The notes: a model not told the origin generated them from the sequence alone. A stretch of DNA of 61,267 bases from Candidatus Ruminimicrobium bovinum (GCA_900316875.1 ONEP01000091.1:1-61267); one strand, 5' to 3'. Shown: positions 17,308-27,005, counted from the first letter of the stretch. Made by a program: numbers and translations.

Positions 17308-18573
17308 TTATACAGCTTTTAAAGCATTTTCCAAATCTTCAATAATATCATCAACATTTTCAAGCCCTACGGAAAACCTAACCATTCCCGGGTTTATTCC
17401 GCATGCTACCAATTGCTCATCGGTAAGCTGTCTGTGTGTAGCGGATGCAGGGTGCAAAACACAAGTTCTTATATCTGCAACATGAACTTCGTTTGAAGCC
17501 ATTTTTAAATTATCCATAAATTTTATTGCAGGTTGTTTGCCGCCTTTAATTGTTACAGACATTACTCCGCTTTGTCCTTTGGGTAAATATTTTTGTGCCA
17601 AATCATAATATTTATTGCCTTTCAACCCCGGATAATTTACCGATTCTATTTTAGGATGTTTTTCCAAATATTTTGCTACGGTTATTGCATTTGAACAATA
17701 TCTTTCCATTCTGACGGCAAGTGTTTCTACACCTATATTTAATAAAAATCCGGAATGTCCCGAAGGATATGCACCGAAATCTCTCATAAGTTGCATTCTT
17801 GCTTTTATAATATACGGTGCAAACGGATATTTTTTTGTGTAAACGGTTCCATGATAAGATTCGTCGGGTTCGGTAAATTCCGGAAACTTTCCGCAAGTAA
17901 AATCAAACTTTCCGGAATCTATAATTACTCCGCCTACCTGCAAAGCATGTCCGTCCATATATTTTGATGTTGAATGAACAACAATATCTGCTCCGTAATC
18001 TATAGGTTTACAAAGTATGGGTGTTGCAAAAGTATTATCAACTATTAAAGGAATTTTATTTGCATGCGCAACTTTGGCAAATTTTTCTATATCGAATATT
18101 TGCAAAGAAGGATTTGTTAATGTTTCTCCGAAAATTGCTTTAGTATTCGGTTTTATTGCTTTTTGTATTTCTGCTTCCGTTGCATCCACACTGACAAAAA
18201 TACACTCTATACCGAGTTTTTTAAGCGTAAAAGCAAAAAGGTTTATTGTTCCGCCGTAAATAGCCGATGTACTTACAAAACTGTCCCCCGAGTTACAAAG
18301 GTTAAGTATTGAAAGTAACGATGCCATTTGCCCCGAAGATGTACACATTGCGGCAACTCCGTGTTCAAGGTCTGCAATTTTCTTTTCTACAACATCCACG
18401 GTCGGATTTGTAAATCTTGAATATATATGGTTTTTTGTAGGGTCATCGAAAACTTCCGCAATTTCCTGTGTTGAATTATAACGAAAAGTAGTACTTTGAT
18501 ATATCGGCATAACTCGCGGACCGCCGTTTACCGGAGTGTATCCGGAATGCAAACATTTTGATTCGTCTTTCAT
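17308..18573 (-). CDS. metY: O-acetylhomoserine aminocarboxypropyltransferase / sulfhydrylase (PLP-dependent)
   Basis: PLP-lysine motif HSTSKYMDGH, N-terminal IYQSTTF and C-terminal VRFSVGLE, all typical of MetY/CysD. Confidence 0.9.
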   Translation of the reverse strand: MKDESKCLHSGYTPVNGGPRVMPIYQSTTFRYNSTQEIAEVFDDPTKNHIYSRFTNPTVDVVEKKIADLEHGVAAMCTSSGQMASLLSILNLCNSGDSFVSTSAIYGGTINLFAFTLKKLGIECIFVSVDATEAEIQKAIKPNTKAIFGETLTNPSLQIFDIEKFAKVAHANKIPLIVDNTFATPILCKPIDYGADIVVHSTSKYMDGHALQVGGVIIDSGKFDFTCGKFPEFTEPDESYHGTVYTKKYPFAPYIIKARMQLMRDFGAYPSGHSGFLLNIGVETLAVRMERYCSNAITVAKYLEKHPKIESVNYPGLKGNKYYDLAQKYLPKGQSGVMSVTIKGGKQPAIKFMDNLKMASNEVHVADIRTCVLHPASATHRQLTDEQLVACGINPGMVRFSVGLENVDDIIEDLENALKAV

Positions 18574-18703
18574 CTTTATTACCTCTTAATAATTTTTATT
18601 AACCGTTAATACCTTCAATTATCGTAGAATTATATAAAATTGGGAAAATATTTAACAGTATCAAAACGTTAAATTTGTACTTAAATTATACCGTTTATAT
18701 ATG

Positions 18704-18740
18704 TTGACGAAAAATTATTATTTAGATAAAATAATCTAAA
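18704..18740 (+). promoter_or_regulatory. Promoter of the pal-tol operon (TTGACG-17-TAAAAT) with a 7-6-7 palindrome over the -10 box
   Basis: TTGACG at 18704-18709 and TAAAAT at 18727-18732. Palindrome TTTAGAT-AAAATA-ATCTAAA at 18721-18740. GGAGG RBS before ATG 18773. Confidence 0.5.
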
Positions 18741-18772
18741 TATTTGTTAGAATAAAAATAAACGGAGGATAT

Positions 18773-19303
18773 ATGAAAAATTTATCTGTAATTATGTTGT
18801 TGGCATTATGTTTATGTATCGGAGCTTGTGCAAAAAAACAAACAACAAACCCTGACGGTACTTTGGGAGGAGATGATGCTTTTTCTTCTCAAGGTGAGCC
18901 GATATCAATTGATGATATAAGATTTACGGATGAACCTTCTTTAAGAAATTCTGCTACGGATAAAAGAGCCGGCTTAGCTACCATATATTTTGATTACGAC
19001 AGTAATTCCATAACCGAAGAAGCAAAAGAAATTTTAAAAGAAAATGCAAAATATTTAAAAAACAATGCAAATTTAAAACTTGTTGTTGAAGGTCATTGCG
19101 ACGAAAGAGGAACTTCCGAATATAATTTATCATTGGGACAAAGAAGAGCATTAAAAGTAAAAGAATATTACGTTCAACTTGGTATTTTGCCAAGCAGAAT
19201 AGCTACAATTTCTTACGGTGAAGAAAAACCCGAGGATAAAAGAAGCAATGAGTCTGCTTGGGCTAAAAACAGAAGAGCCGAAACAAAAGTTATCGTTAAG
19301 TAA
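18773..19303 (+). CDS. pal: Peptidoglycan-associated lipoprotein Pal (OmpA family)
   Basis: Lipobox LCIGAC. OmpA-C motifs IYFDYDS, VEGHCDERGTSEYNLSLGQRRA and NRRAE. Confidence 0.9.
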   Translation: MKNLSVIMLLALCLCIGACAKKQTTNPDGTLGGDDAFSSQGEPISIDDIRFTDEPSLRNSATDKRAGLATIYFDYDSNSITEEAKEILKENAKYLKNNANLKLVVEGHCDERGTSEYNLSLGQRRALKVKEYYVQLGILPSRIATISYGEEKPEDKRSNESAWAKNRRAETKVIVK

Positions 19304-19308
19304 ACTAA

Positions 19309-19998
19309 ATGAAATACAATAAATTTATATTTTTTTTACCGGTTTTATTTTTTATATCGGGGTGCGCGGCGTTAAACCAACAAACCGATTCCGATTTGCG
19401 AAGCGAAGTTGCACAATTACAGGTTGCCAATAAAAATTTACAGGAAAAGCAAGTAGATTTATATTCCAAATATGATGCAAGTTTAGCGACGATAGATACA
19501 ATGAATGCTTCAATACAGGCGCTTAACAAAACGGTTTCTTCATTAAAACAAAAAATTCAGGATTTGGAATTTATCCAGAAAAACAATCAAATTTCGGACA
19601 CAAAGCAACCCGACTTGCAGGCAAGTCCGTCGGAAGTTTATAATAATGCTTATAATGATTTTCTTGTCGGAAGGTATGAACTTGCGGAAATGGGTTTTAA
19701 ATCATTTTTAAAAAAATATCCGGAACATGAATTAGCCGTACATGCTCAATATTATATAGGAGAATGTTTATATTCAAGAAACAGTTGGGCTGATGCTTAC
19801 GAAGAATATAAAAAAGTGGAATCTTCTTATCAAACTTCCGAATTTGCATCCTCGGCAAGATTAAAAATGGCTTTATGTTTGGAACTTTTGGGAAAGAAAA
19901 ACGAAACGGTTATAGTATTGAAATCCATATTGCAGGATTTTCCGAAAAGTGCCGAGGCATTTACGGCTAAAGAAAAGCTGAAAGTATATGCAAATTGA
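19309..19998 (+). CDS. ybgF: Tol-Pal system protein YbgF/CpoB (coiled coil plus TPR)
   Basis: Lipobox-like ISGCA, an N-terminal coiled coil, and a C-terminal TPR region YNNAYNDFLVGRYELAEMGFKSFLKKYPEHELAVHAQYYIGECLY. Confidence 0.8.
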   Translation: MKYNKFIFFLPVLFFISGCAALNQQTDSDLRSEVAQLQVANKNLQEKQVDLYSKYDASLATIDTMNASIQALNKTVSSLKQKIQDLEFIQKNNQISDTKQPDLQASPSEVYNNAYNDFLVGRYELAEMGFKSFLKKYPEHELAVHAQYYIGECLYSRNSWADAYEEYKKVESSYQTSEFASSARLKMALCLELLGKKNETVIVLKSILQDFPKSAEAFTAKEKLKVYAN

Positions 19999-20752
19999 TA
20001 AATCAAATAAACTTTTTCCTTTTTTTGTTTTTTCGCTTTGTTTACATTTGGTTGTATTATTTGCAATTTTTTATAACACAAAAAAAGAAGAAAATTTTAT
20101 ACAAATTCCGATAGATGTTAATTTTATTTCACCTGTAGAAACAAATAATTTTGCAAATAACAACCCGGCTAAGTCCGAATCCGCAACTGAAAAATATGAA
20201 AAGAAAGCCGTGGTGAAGGAAACAAAAAAAGAAATTGATAATGACAGTATAAAAATAGAGAAGAAGTCAAAGAAAAAAGAAGCAAAGAAAAAAACTGAAG
20301 AAAAAAAACAAAAAGTTAAAGAAAAACCGAAAAAAGAAGTAAATAAGGAAGTAACCAAAGAAACTTCAGTTCAAAAAGAAAATGATGTTTTTGCGGATGC
20401 AAAAACAGGCAGTGATACGGATCCTTTTAATGTTCCTTCAAACAGCGGAAGCAAAGGCGTTATGTTTGAAAACACAAACTTTAAATTTTCTTACTATGCA
20501 AATTCCATAGTTAAGAAAATAAGAAGAAATTGGCAATGGGCCGGTGCATACAGGGCATTAAGAGCCGTTATATATTTTAAAATTAACAGAGATGGCGATG
20601 TTGTTGCCACAAGAATAAAAGAATCTTCCGGAAACAGCGACTTTGATGAAAATGCAACAAGAGCAATTATATTATCAAGTCCTTTTGCTCCTTTACCGGA
20701 GGCATATACGGAAGATGATTTAGGAGTTTATTTTGAATTTAAATTTAACTAA
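19988..20752 (+). CDS. tolA: TolA/TonB-family energy transducer (TM anchor, Lys/Glu-rich linker, TonB-C-like domain)
   Basis: N-terminal TM helix, a KKEAKKKTEEKKQKVKEKPKKE linker, and a C-terminus typical of the TolA/TonB C-domain. Positioned between ybgF and tolB. Confidence 0.7.
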   Translation: MQIDKSNKLFPFFVFSLCLHLVVLFAIFYNTKKEENFIQIPIDVNFISPVETNNFANNNPAKSESATEKYEKKAVVKETKKEIDNDSIKIEKKSKKKEAKKKTEEKKQKVKEKPKKEVNKEVTKETSVQKENDVFADAKTGSDTDPFNVPSNSGSKGVMFENTNFKFSYYANSIVKKIRRNWQWAGAYRALRAVIYFKINRDGDVVATRIKESSGNSDFDENATRAIILSSPFAPLPEAYTEDDLGVYFEFKFN

Positions 20753-22034
20753 ATTAACAAACATCTTTTTTGTAACATTATTCATTTTGTTTTCATATTT
20801 TACGGCAGGTTTTTGTCAGGACGACATTTATTTGTCTTTGTCCGGAAGCAATGCAAGCAGGTCGGGAATAGGGCTTGCGGATTTTGTTCCCGTAAACGGA
20901 ACATTTGAAGAAATGGAAACAGCAAAAGATTTTAGAGATGTATTGGAAAACGATTTAATTTTATCAAGACATTTTAATGTAGCTACGGCAAATACTTCAT
21001 ATAAATTCGACATGAAATCTCATTTTTCTTATTGGGCACAAAAAAATGTTTCCGTAATTTTAACAGGAGAAGTTTCCGTAGTTGAATTGACAAAATTAAT
21101 AATTACGGTTAAGATGTATGACGTTGACAGCAGGCAGCTTATTTGGGAAGACAAATATAATAATACTACGGTAAATTATAGAATCGTAGCTCATCAAATA
21201 AGTGATGAAATTGTAAAAAGGTTCACCGGAGAAGTTGGAATTGCCACTTCAAAAATAGCATTTTCAAATAACAATACAAAATATAAAGAAATTTATGTAA
21301 TAGATTATGACGGCTATAATTTAAGAAGAATAACAAAAGACAACGGAATAAACATTCTTCCGAAATGGGTTCCGCATACAAACCAAATAATTTACACAAC
21401 TTATCTTTACAATAACCCGGACTTATTTCTTGTGGATATAACCAAAAATAAAAGAAAGGCACTTTCCACAATTCAAGGTTTAAATGCCCCTACATCATTT
21501 GCACCTAACGGGAAAACAATGGTTGCAACTTTATCAAGAGGAAATTTTCCTAATTTATACCTTTTGGACAGTAACGGTGTTGTTTTAAGAAGATTGACGG
21601 AAGGAAAATATATTGACACAAGCCCGTCGTTTTCACCGAGCGGTAAAGAAATAACATTCATTTCCGACAGAGCGGGATATCCGCAGGTTTATATAATGGA
21701 TATAGACGGAGTAAATTTAAGAAGACTTACTTCAAAAGGACCTTGTGATACTCCGGTATGGTCCCCTAAAGGTGATAAAATTGTTTTTACAATGAAAGCA
21801 GACAGATTTTATGATATTTTTATTTATGATTTACCGAAAGCCAAATTATTCAGATTAACGGAAGCTCAGGGAAACAATGAGTCACCGGTATGGTCTGCCG
21901 ACGGAAGATTTATAGCATTCAGTTCCACAAGGTCGGGTAAAAGTGAAATATATATAATGGGAGTTGACGGCTCGGGCATTAGAAAATTGGCCGATATTCC
22001 GGGAAGTTCTTTCACTCCGGCGTGGTCTAACTGA
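20733..22034 (+). CDS. tolB: Tol-Pal system beta-propeller protein TolB
   Basis: Repeated P.WSP.G..I.F.S.R.G...IY blades (e.g. SPSFSPSGKEITFISDRAGYPQVYIM and SPVWSADGRFIAFSSTRSGKSEIYIM). TTG start 6 nt after AGGAG. Confidence 0.9.
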   Translation: MNLNLTKLTNIFFVTLFILFSYFTAGFCQDDIYLSLSGSNASRSGIGLADFVPVNGTFEEMETAKDFRDVLENDLILSRHFNVATANTSYKFDMKSHFSYWAQKNVSVILTGEVSVVELTKLIITVKMYDVDSRQLIWEDKYNNTTVNYRIVAHQISDEIVKRFTGEVGIATSKIAFSNNNTKYKEIYVIDYDGYNLRRITKDNGINILPKWVPHTNQIIYTTYLYNNPDLFLVDITKNKRKALSTIQGLNAPTSFAPNGKTMVATLSRGNFPNLYLLDSNGVVLRRLTEGKYIDTSPSFSPSGKEITFISDRAGYPQVYIMDIDGVNLRRLTSKGPCDTPVWSPKGDKIVFTMKADRFYDIFIYDLPKAKLFRLTEAQGNNESPVWSADGRFIAFSSTRSGKSEIYIMGVDGSGIRKLADIPGSSFTPAWSN

Positions 22035-22054
22035 TTTTCATTTTTGGAGAAATT

Positions 22055-22705
22055 ATGTTTGAAAATAAAAGCATTTTTGAAATTTTATCAATGGGCGGGG
22101 CAACCCTGTATGTATTGTTGTTTGCTTCAATAATTTCGGTTACCGTAATTATTTTTAAAATACTTGAATTTAAAAGTAAAAATAAAATTTCGGTTCAAAA
22201 CTTTATGAAAAAAATTCATAAGCTTCTGCAAGAAAATAATAATATTACGGAAGTAATTTTATTTTGTAAAAGAATAAATTCTCCTGTAGCAAATATTGTA
22301 AAAGCCGGTTTAACCCAATTCTTGCATACGGGAAAACCAAATGTAAAAGAAGCAATGAAAAGAGAAATCTTATTGGAAACGGTAAAATTGGAAAGATATA
22401 CAACAATAATAGGAACTATCGGAAGCGTGTCGGTTTATATAGGTTTATTCGGAACGGTAATAGGTATTATTCATTCATTTCATAATATTTCACTGGCAGG
22501 TTCCGGAGGAATAAGTGTTGTTATAGGCGGTGTGGCAGAATCGTTAATTGCAACGGCAACCGGTTTATTAGTTGCAATACCTGCTGTTGTAGCATATAAT
22601 TTTCTTTCAAAAGCAATTGATAATTTTACGGTTGATATGGAATATGCCGTATCTGCAACGGATGATATTATAAAGTTATTACCAAAGGAATCGGTTTATA
22701 AATAA
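22055..22705 (+). CDS. tolQ: MotA/TolQ/ExbB proton-channel protein
   Basis: Three TM segments and the conserved SVYIGLFGTVIGII and GGVAESLIATATGLLVAIPAVVAYN regions. Confidence 0.85.
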   Translation: MFENKSIFEILSMGGATLYVLLFASIISVTVIIFKILEFKSKNKISVQNFMKKIHKLLQENNNITEVILFCKRINSPVANIVKAGLTQFLHTGKPNVKEAMKREILLETVKLERYTTIIGTIGSVSVYIGLFGTVIGIIHSFHNISLAGSGGISVVIGGVAESLIATATGLLVAIPAVVAYNFLSKAIDNFTVDMEYAVSATDDIIKLLPKESVYK

Positions 22706-22707
22706 TA

Positions 22708-23112
22708 ATGAAAAGAAAAAATAAAATAGTTTCAGATATAAATATAACTCCTTTTACCGATGTGGTTTTGGTGCTGCTTATAATTTTTATGATAACAACA
22801 CCAATGTTGTCAAATAACGAAATAAAAATTAATCTGCCAAAAGCGGAAGTTACCGAAAATGCAAAATCTAAAAATATAGAAATTACGGCGGATAAAGACG
22901 GTTTTATATATATCGATAACAAACAAGTTCACATGGCATATCTTGAAGAGGCAATTTTTAAACTTACAAGATCAAACCCCGATAAAGCCGTAGTTATTAA
23001 AGGCGACAAAAATGTTCAATACGATTTAATAATTCAAATAATAGATAAGGCAAAAAAAACGGGGGTTACAAAATTTGCATTAGCCGTTGATACAAAAAGT
23101 TCAAAAAAATAA
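22708..23112 (+). CDS. tolR: ExbD/TolR biopolymer transport protein
   Basis: The INITPFTDVVLVLLIIFMITTP motif with the conserved Asp in the TM helix. Size about 134 aa. Confidence 0.85.
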   Translation: MKRKNKIVSDINITPFTDVVLVLLIIFMITTPMLSNNEIKINLPKAEVTENAKSKNIEITADKDGFIYIDNKQVHMAYLEEAIFKLTRSNPDKAVVIKGDKNVQYDLIIQIIDKAKKTGVTKFALAVDTKSSKK

Positions 23113-23114
23113 AA

Positions 23115-24437
23115 ATGAAAAAAGTTTATATTTTAATATCTGTATTATTTGTATCTTTTTTAATAAATTATTTTTGCTATGCTCCGAATTTAATTGATAT
23201 TGCAACCGGACAAACGGTAAATTCTTTTCATTTACAATGGCCTTTATTAAGACTTTTTATTGAGCCGTTTTATGCATTCGCATACCATATTTTGACCATG
23301 GAACGCTCAGGTTACATTTTTGCACTTGTCTCATGGTTTGTTTGGACAACAGTTTTTGCAATAGTTTTTGCCAAAGCAAAAAATTTAAGCAGAAAAGCGA
23401 AAATTTTTTTCCCCGTATTTTCCGTATTTTTAGTGGCTTCAATAATTTGTCTTGTAATACTGTTACCGGTTCAAGGACCTAAAATTATACCGTCCTCGAA
23501 TAATTACACTGTTTTTGATCCGCATTCGCATACAATTTCATCAAGAGATGTAATTTCAAATATTTATTCAAGTATGAATTTTCATTTTTCACAGGGTTAT
23601 ACGGACTTTTTTATAACGGAACATGATACTACAAGAGGTTTCTTTTTATTCCCTTCGGGACAAAAAAGGAACCATGTTTTTCCAGGAATACAAATAAGAA
23701 CAACCGAAGGAATTTCGGTTTTACTTCTTTCTTCAAAATTTTTTCGTTACGAAGATTTCGCAAAAAATTCTCTTAAAGATTTAATAAATTTGGCACACAA
23801 AAACAATATGCTGGTAATTATGCCGCATTGGTGGAAATGGCACAGACCTGATTTAAATGAAGTTGTATCCTGCGGAATTGACGGATTTGAAATATACAAC
23901 TGCGGGTACAGATATATTACGGATTCAACAAGAAAGGAACTTATTGATATATGCAAACAAAACAACTTACTTATGTTGGGTTCAACCGATTGGCACGGCT
24001 ACGGTTATATGACAAACGTTTGGTCCGTAATAAGAAATGACGGAAACAAAAATTTATTTGAATTGTTAAAAGAAAAACCGCAAGTACAGGTTATAGTTCA
24101 TAATGTCAGAGGAAATCAATCGATCATAAGATATATTTTTGAACCGTTTTATGCACTAATAAATTATTTAACTTATACTAAAGCAAAATATATTTTAAGT
24201 TTTTATATGATAATATCTTTTATATTTGTATTTTTATCAATTTTTAAATTTAAAACAATAATCCGCTTTATAAGTTTATTATTTGCATTGTTTTTCGACT
24301 GTGCATTATTTTATTTTGCAAATTTATTTACCGCAAATACACACAGCGTAATACTACCCGAAACAATGATTCCTGTTCTTATAGGTTTTGTTTTTGTATG
24401 GCTTATCCTTTGGGGAACAAGTGGAAAAAATCTTTAA
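23115..24437 (+). CDS. Polytopic membrane protein with a central PHP-type (polymerase/histidinol phosphatase) metallo-phosphoesterase domain
   Basis: PHP motifs DPHSHT, ITEHD, MPHW and GSTDWHG, flanked by N-terminal and C-terminal clusters of TM helices. Starts 3 nt after the tolR stop. Confidence 0.65.
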   Translation: MKKVYILISVLFVSFLINYFCYAPNLIDIATGQTVNSFHLQWPLLRLFIEPFYAFAYHILTMERSGYIFALVSWFVWTTVFAIVFAKAKNLSRKAKIFFPVFSVFLVASIICLVILLPVQGPKIIPSSNNYTVFDPHSHTISSRDVISNIYSSMNFHFSQGYTDFFITEHDTTRGFFLFPSGQKRNHVFPGIQIRTTEGISVLLLSSKFFRYEDFAKNSLKDLINLAHKNNMLVIMPHWWKWHRPDLNEVVSCGIDGFEIYNCGYRYITDSTRKELIDICKQNNLLMLGSTDWHGYGYMTNVWSVIRNDGNKNLFELLKEKPQVQVIVHNVRGNQSIIRYIFEPFYALINYLTYTKAKYILSFYMIISFIFVFLSIFKFKTIIRFISLLFALFFDCALFYFANLFTANTHSVILPETMIPVLIGFVFVWLILWGTSGKNL

Positions 24438-25878
24438 TTTAAAAAACACTATAATTTTTGTATGTTTTTCAATTTTCTGGAAAATATTTTTGGCAGCTGC
24501 TTTATGTTTGCATCCTGATGAAGCATATTATTGGTTATGGTCGACAAAACTGCAATTAAGTTATTATGACCATGCTCCTATGGTTGCATACTTTATAAAA
24601 CTTACAACTTTATTTTCATCATCGGAACTTGCAGTTCGATTTTCCACAATAATAGTAACGGTTATTTTAAGTTTTTTACTGTGGAAATTGGTAAAAGAAT
24701 TATTTAAAAATGAAGTTATTTCTTCGGCTTCGGTAATAATTTTACATTCAATGCCGATTTTATTTTCGGTTTCAATTATAACAACACCGGATACTCCGGT
24801 ATTTTTGTTTTTATCGTTAGCAACTTTTTTTGTTTGGAAATTAATAAAAACCGAAAATCAAAACTATTGGTATATAATAGGATTATTTTTCGGTTTATCC
24901 ATGTTATCAAAATATACGGCTTGTTTATTTTTAATGAGTCTGTTTATTTATATGTTACTCGATAAAAAATTATATTGGTTCAAAAGTTACCAATTATATT
25001 TGGGATTAATAATTTCTTTTATTTGTTTTTTACCGGTAATATATTGGAACTGGCAATATAACTGGGCATCTTTTTCCTATCAAATAGGACACGGGTTATC
25101 AAATGAAGGAATAAGATTTAATTATATAGGCGAATATTTGGCAACACAAGCAGGTGTTTTCAACGTTTTTTTATTTTTACCGATTTTGTATATCGGTATA
25201 AAATATTTATTTTCAAAAAACACAAAAAATATATTTCTTGCTTCATTTTCAGTTCCGGTAATTTTATTTTACGTAATAACCGCATTAAAAAGATTACCCG
25301 GAGGCAATTGGCCAATACCCGCATATTTTACATTTGCAATAATTGCGGCGGTATATTTTTTGGACGGCAGTAAATTTAAAAAAAAGATATTAAAGATAAG
25401 TATTATTTTTAATATAGTAATATCCGTTTTAGTAGGCCTTCATGCAAAATTTACAATATTTCCCGTTGAACTTATATCCGAGGATGCTGCTGTTGCCGAT
25501 ACTACAAATTGGTTTTACAGTTATGATGAATTAACAAAAAAATTGTTAAATGAAAATTATTCTTTTGTTATGACGCCTTCTCATCAACTTTCATCAACAA
25601 TAGCATACTATTCAAAAAATAAAATAAAAACTGCGGTTTTGCCGCATCAAACAAAAAAAAGTCAATATGATTTATGGCCGTTACCGGATGAATTTAGAAA
25701 TTCAACCGGAGCATTTGTTTACGAATATAAAAATGAAGATTCTTATATTAATGTAAAAAATTATTTTAATAATGTTTCCTACAAAACAAATTTATTTGTA
25801 TATTTCAGACATCATTTAATTATCAAACAATTTGTAATAAAACAAACAGGCAATATAAAAAGTGATTTTAAAATTTAA
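24388..25878 (+). CDS. Glycosyltransferase family 39 / ArnT-like GT-C membrane glycosyltransferase
   Basis: The HPDEAYYWLWS motif in the first loop and more than 10 TM helices followed by a soluble C-terminal domain. The track start is TTG 24388. GTG 24421 is an alternative start. Confidence 0.7.
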   Translation: MFLYGLSFGEQVEKIFNLKNTIIFVCFSIFWKIFLAAALCLHPDEAYYWLWSTKLQLSYYDHAPMVAYFIKLTTLFSSSELAVRFSTIIVTVILSFLLWKLVKELFKNEVISSASVIILHSMPILFSVSIITTPDTPVFLFLSLATFFVWKLIKTENQNYWYIIGLFFGLSMLSKYTACLFLMSLFIYMLLDKKLYWFKSYQLYLGLIISFICFLPVIYWNWQYNWASFSYQIGHGLSNEGIRFNYIGEYLATQAGVFNVFLFLPILYIGIKYLFSKNTKNIFLASFSVPVILFYVITALKRLPGGNWPIPAYFTFAIIAAVYFLDGSKFKKKILKISIIFNIVISVLVGLHAKFTIFPVELISEDAAVADTTNWFYSYDELTKKLLNENYSFVMTPSHQLSSTIAYYSKNKIKTAVLPHQTKKSQYDLWPLPDEFRNSTGAFVYEYKNEDSYINVKNYFNNVSYKTNLFVYFRHHLIIKQFVIKQTGNIKSDFKI

Positions 25879-26305
25879 CATTTCCGATTTCAACAAAACA
25901 CTCATCGATAAAATTATTGAAATAGAAAAACAATCCGAATATTCACATTGGACCAAACAAATGTTTTTGGATGAGTATAAAAATAAATTCTCCGTATTTA
26001 AAATTATAAAAAAAGATAATCAAATTATAGGATTTATAATTTACAGAATTGTATTTGATGAAGCCGAAATTTTAGATATTGTAATTGATAAAAATTTCAG
26101 AGGTATAAAAGCGGGTAAATATATTTTAAACTTTGCGATTAAAGATATTAAGGAAAAAAATTGTAATGTTATTTTTTTGGAAGTTCATCAAAATAATATT
26201 GTTGCTCAAAACCTTTATAAAAATGCAGGATTTAAACAATATTCGTTAAGAGAAAAATATTACAACAATTCTTCTAACGCACTTTTAATGAAATTAAATT
26301 TTTAA
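25862..26305 (+). CDS. rimI: Ribosomal-protein-alanine N-acetyltransferase (GNAT)
   Basis: GNAT motif A FRGIKAGKYIL, LEVHQNNIVAQNLYKNAGF and REKYY are typical of RimI. GTG start overlaps the upstream stop. Confidence 0.7.
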   Translation: MILKFNISDFNKTLIDKIIEIEKQSEYSHWTKQMFLDEYKNKFSVFKIIKKDNQIIGFIIYRIVFDEAEILDIVIDKNFRGIKAGKYILNFAIKDIKEKNCNVIFLEVHQNNIVAQNLYKNAGFKQYSLREKYYNNSSNALLMKLNF

Positions 26306-26306
26306 G

Positions 26307-27005
26307 TTATTTACACGGAAGCGTTACTGCAACGGAAGTTCCTTCATTTTTTCGGCTTTCAATATTTATTGTTCCGTCACAAGCTTCAACTATTTGTAAA
26401 GCAACCGAAAGCCCCATCCCCATGGCTTTAGCTGTTTTTGTAGAGAACATAGGGTCAAAACAATTTTCAAGCGTTTGTTCATCCATTCCTATACCGTTAT
26501 CTTTAACCGTAACTGTTACTTTATTATCCGAAATTGCCATATTTACATCAACTGCACCGCTATTTTCCATTGCATCTTTTGCATTTTTTATTATATTAAA
26601 AAAGACAAGTACCATTTTATCTTTATCGGCATAAATATTTGCGGATGTTAAATTTGTTTTAAATGTTATTTTATCAGTTTTTGAATTTTCAATTGCCTGC
26701 TCAATTATCTGCTTTAAATCACACTCGGTTTTTGTTATTTGTTTTACTCTTGTTTTATCCAACAAATCAGTAATAAGCTGGTTTAAATGCTTAACTTCGG
26801 ACGACAATAATTCCAACATTTTATTAGGGACTTCGCCTTCAATTTTAAAAACTTTTGAAAAATAATATGAAATATTCGACAAACCGCCGAGACTGTTTTT
26901 TAAATCATGTGAAGCAATTGAAGCAAACCTTGCAATTACTTTATTTTTTTCGGTATTCAATTCTTTTTTCGTTAAATTATAAACTTTATTTTCCATTATT
27001 TGCAC
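26307..27005 (-). CDS. Small soluble histidine kinase (HisKA plus HATPase_c, no sensor or TM region)
   Basis: H-box ASIASHDLKNSL, N-box NIIKNAKDAM, G1 DNGIGM and G2 GMGLSVAL. Confidence 0.85.
   Translation of the reverse strand: MQIMENKVYNLTKKELNTEKNKVIARFASIASHDLKNSLGGLSNISYYFSKVFKIEGEVPNKMLELLSSEVKHLNQLITDLLDKTRVKQITKTECDLKQIIEQAIENSKTDKITFKTNLTSANIYADKDKMVLVFFNIIKNAKDAMENSGAVDVNMAISDNKVTVTVKDNGIGMDEQTLENCFDPMFSTKTAKAMGMGLSVALQIVEACDGTINIESRKNEGTSVAVTLPCK

Noticed and set aside
18574-18772. I looked for a SAM (S-box or other) riboswitch upstream of metY, and likewise upstream of metX at 42422-42537.
   Set aside because: Both leaders are short, extremely AT-rich, and lack any GC-paired multi-helix core or conserved riboswitch motifs.
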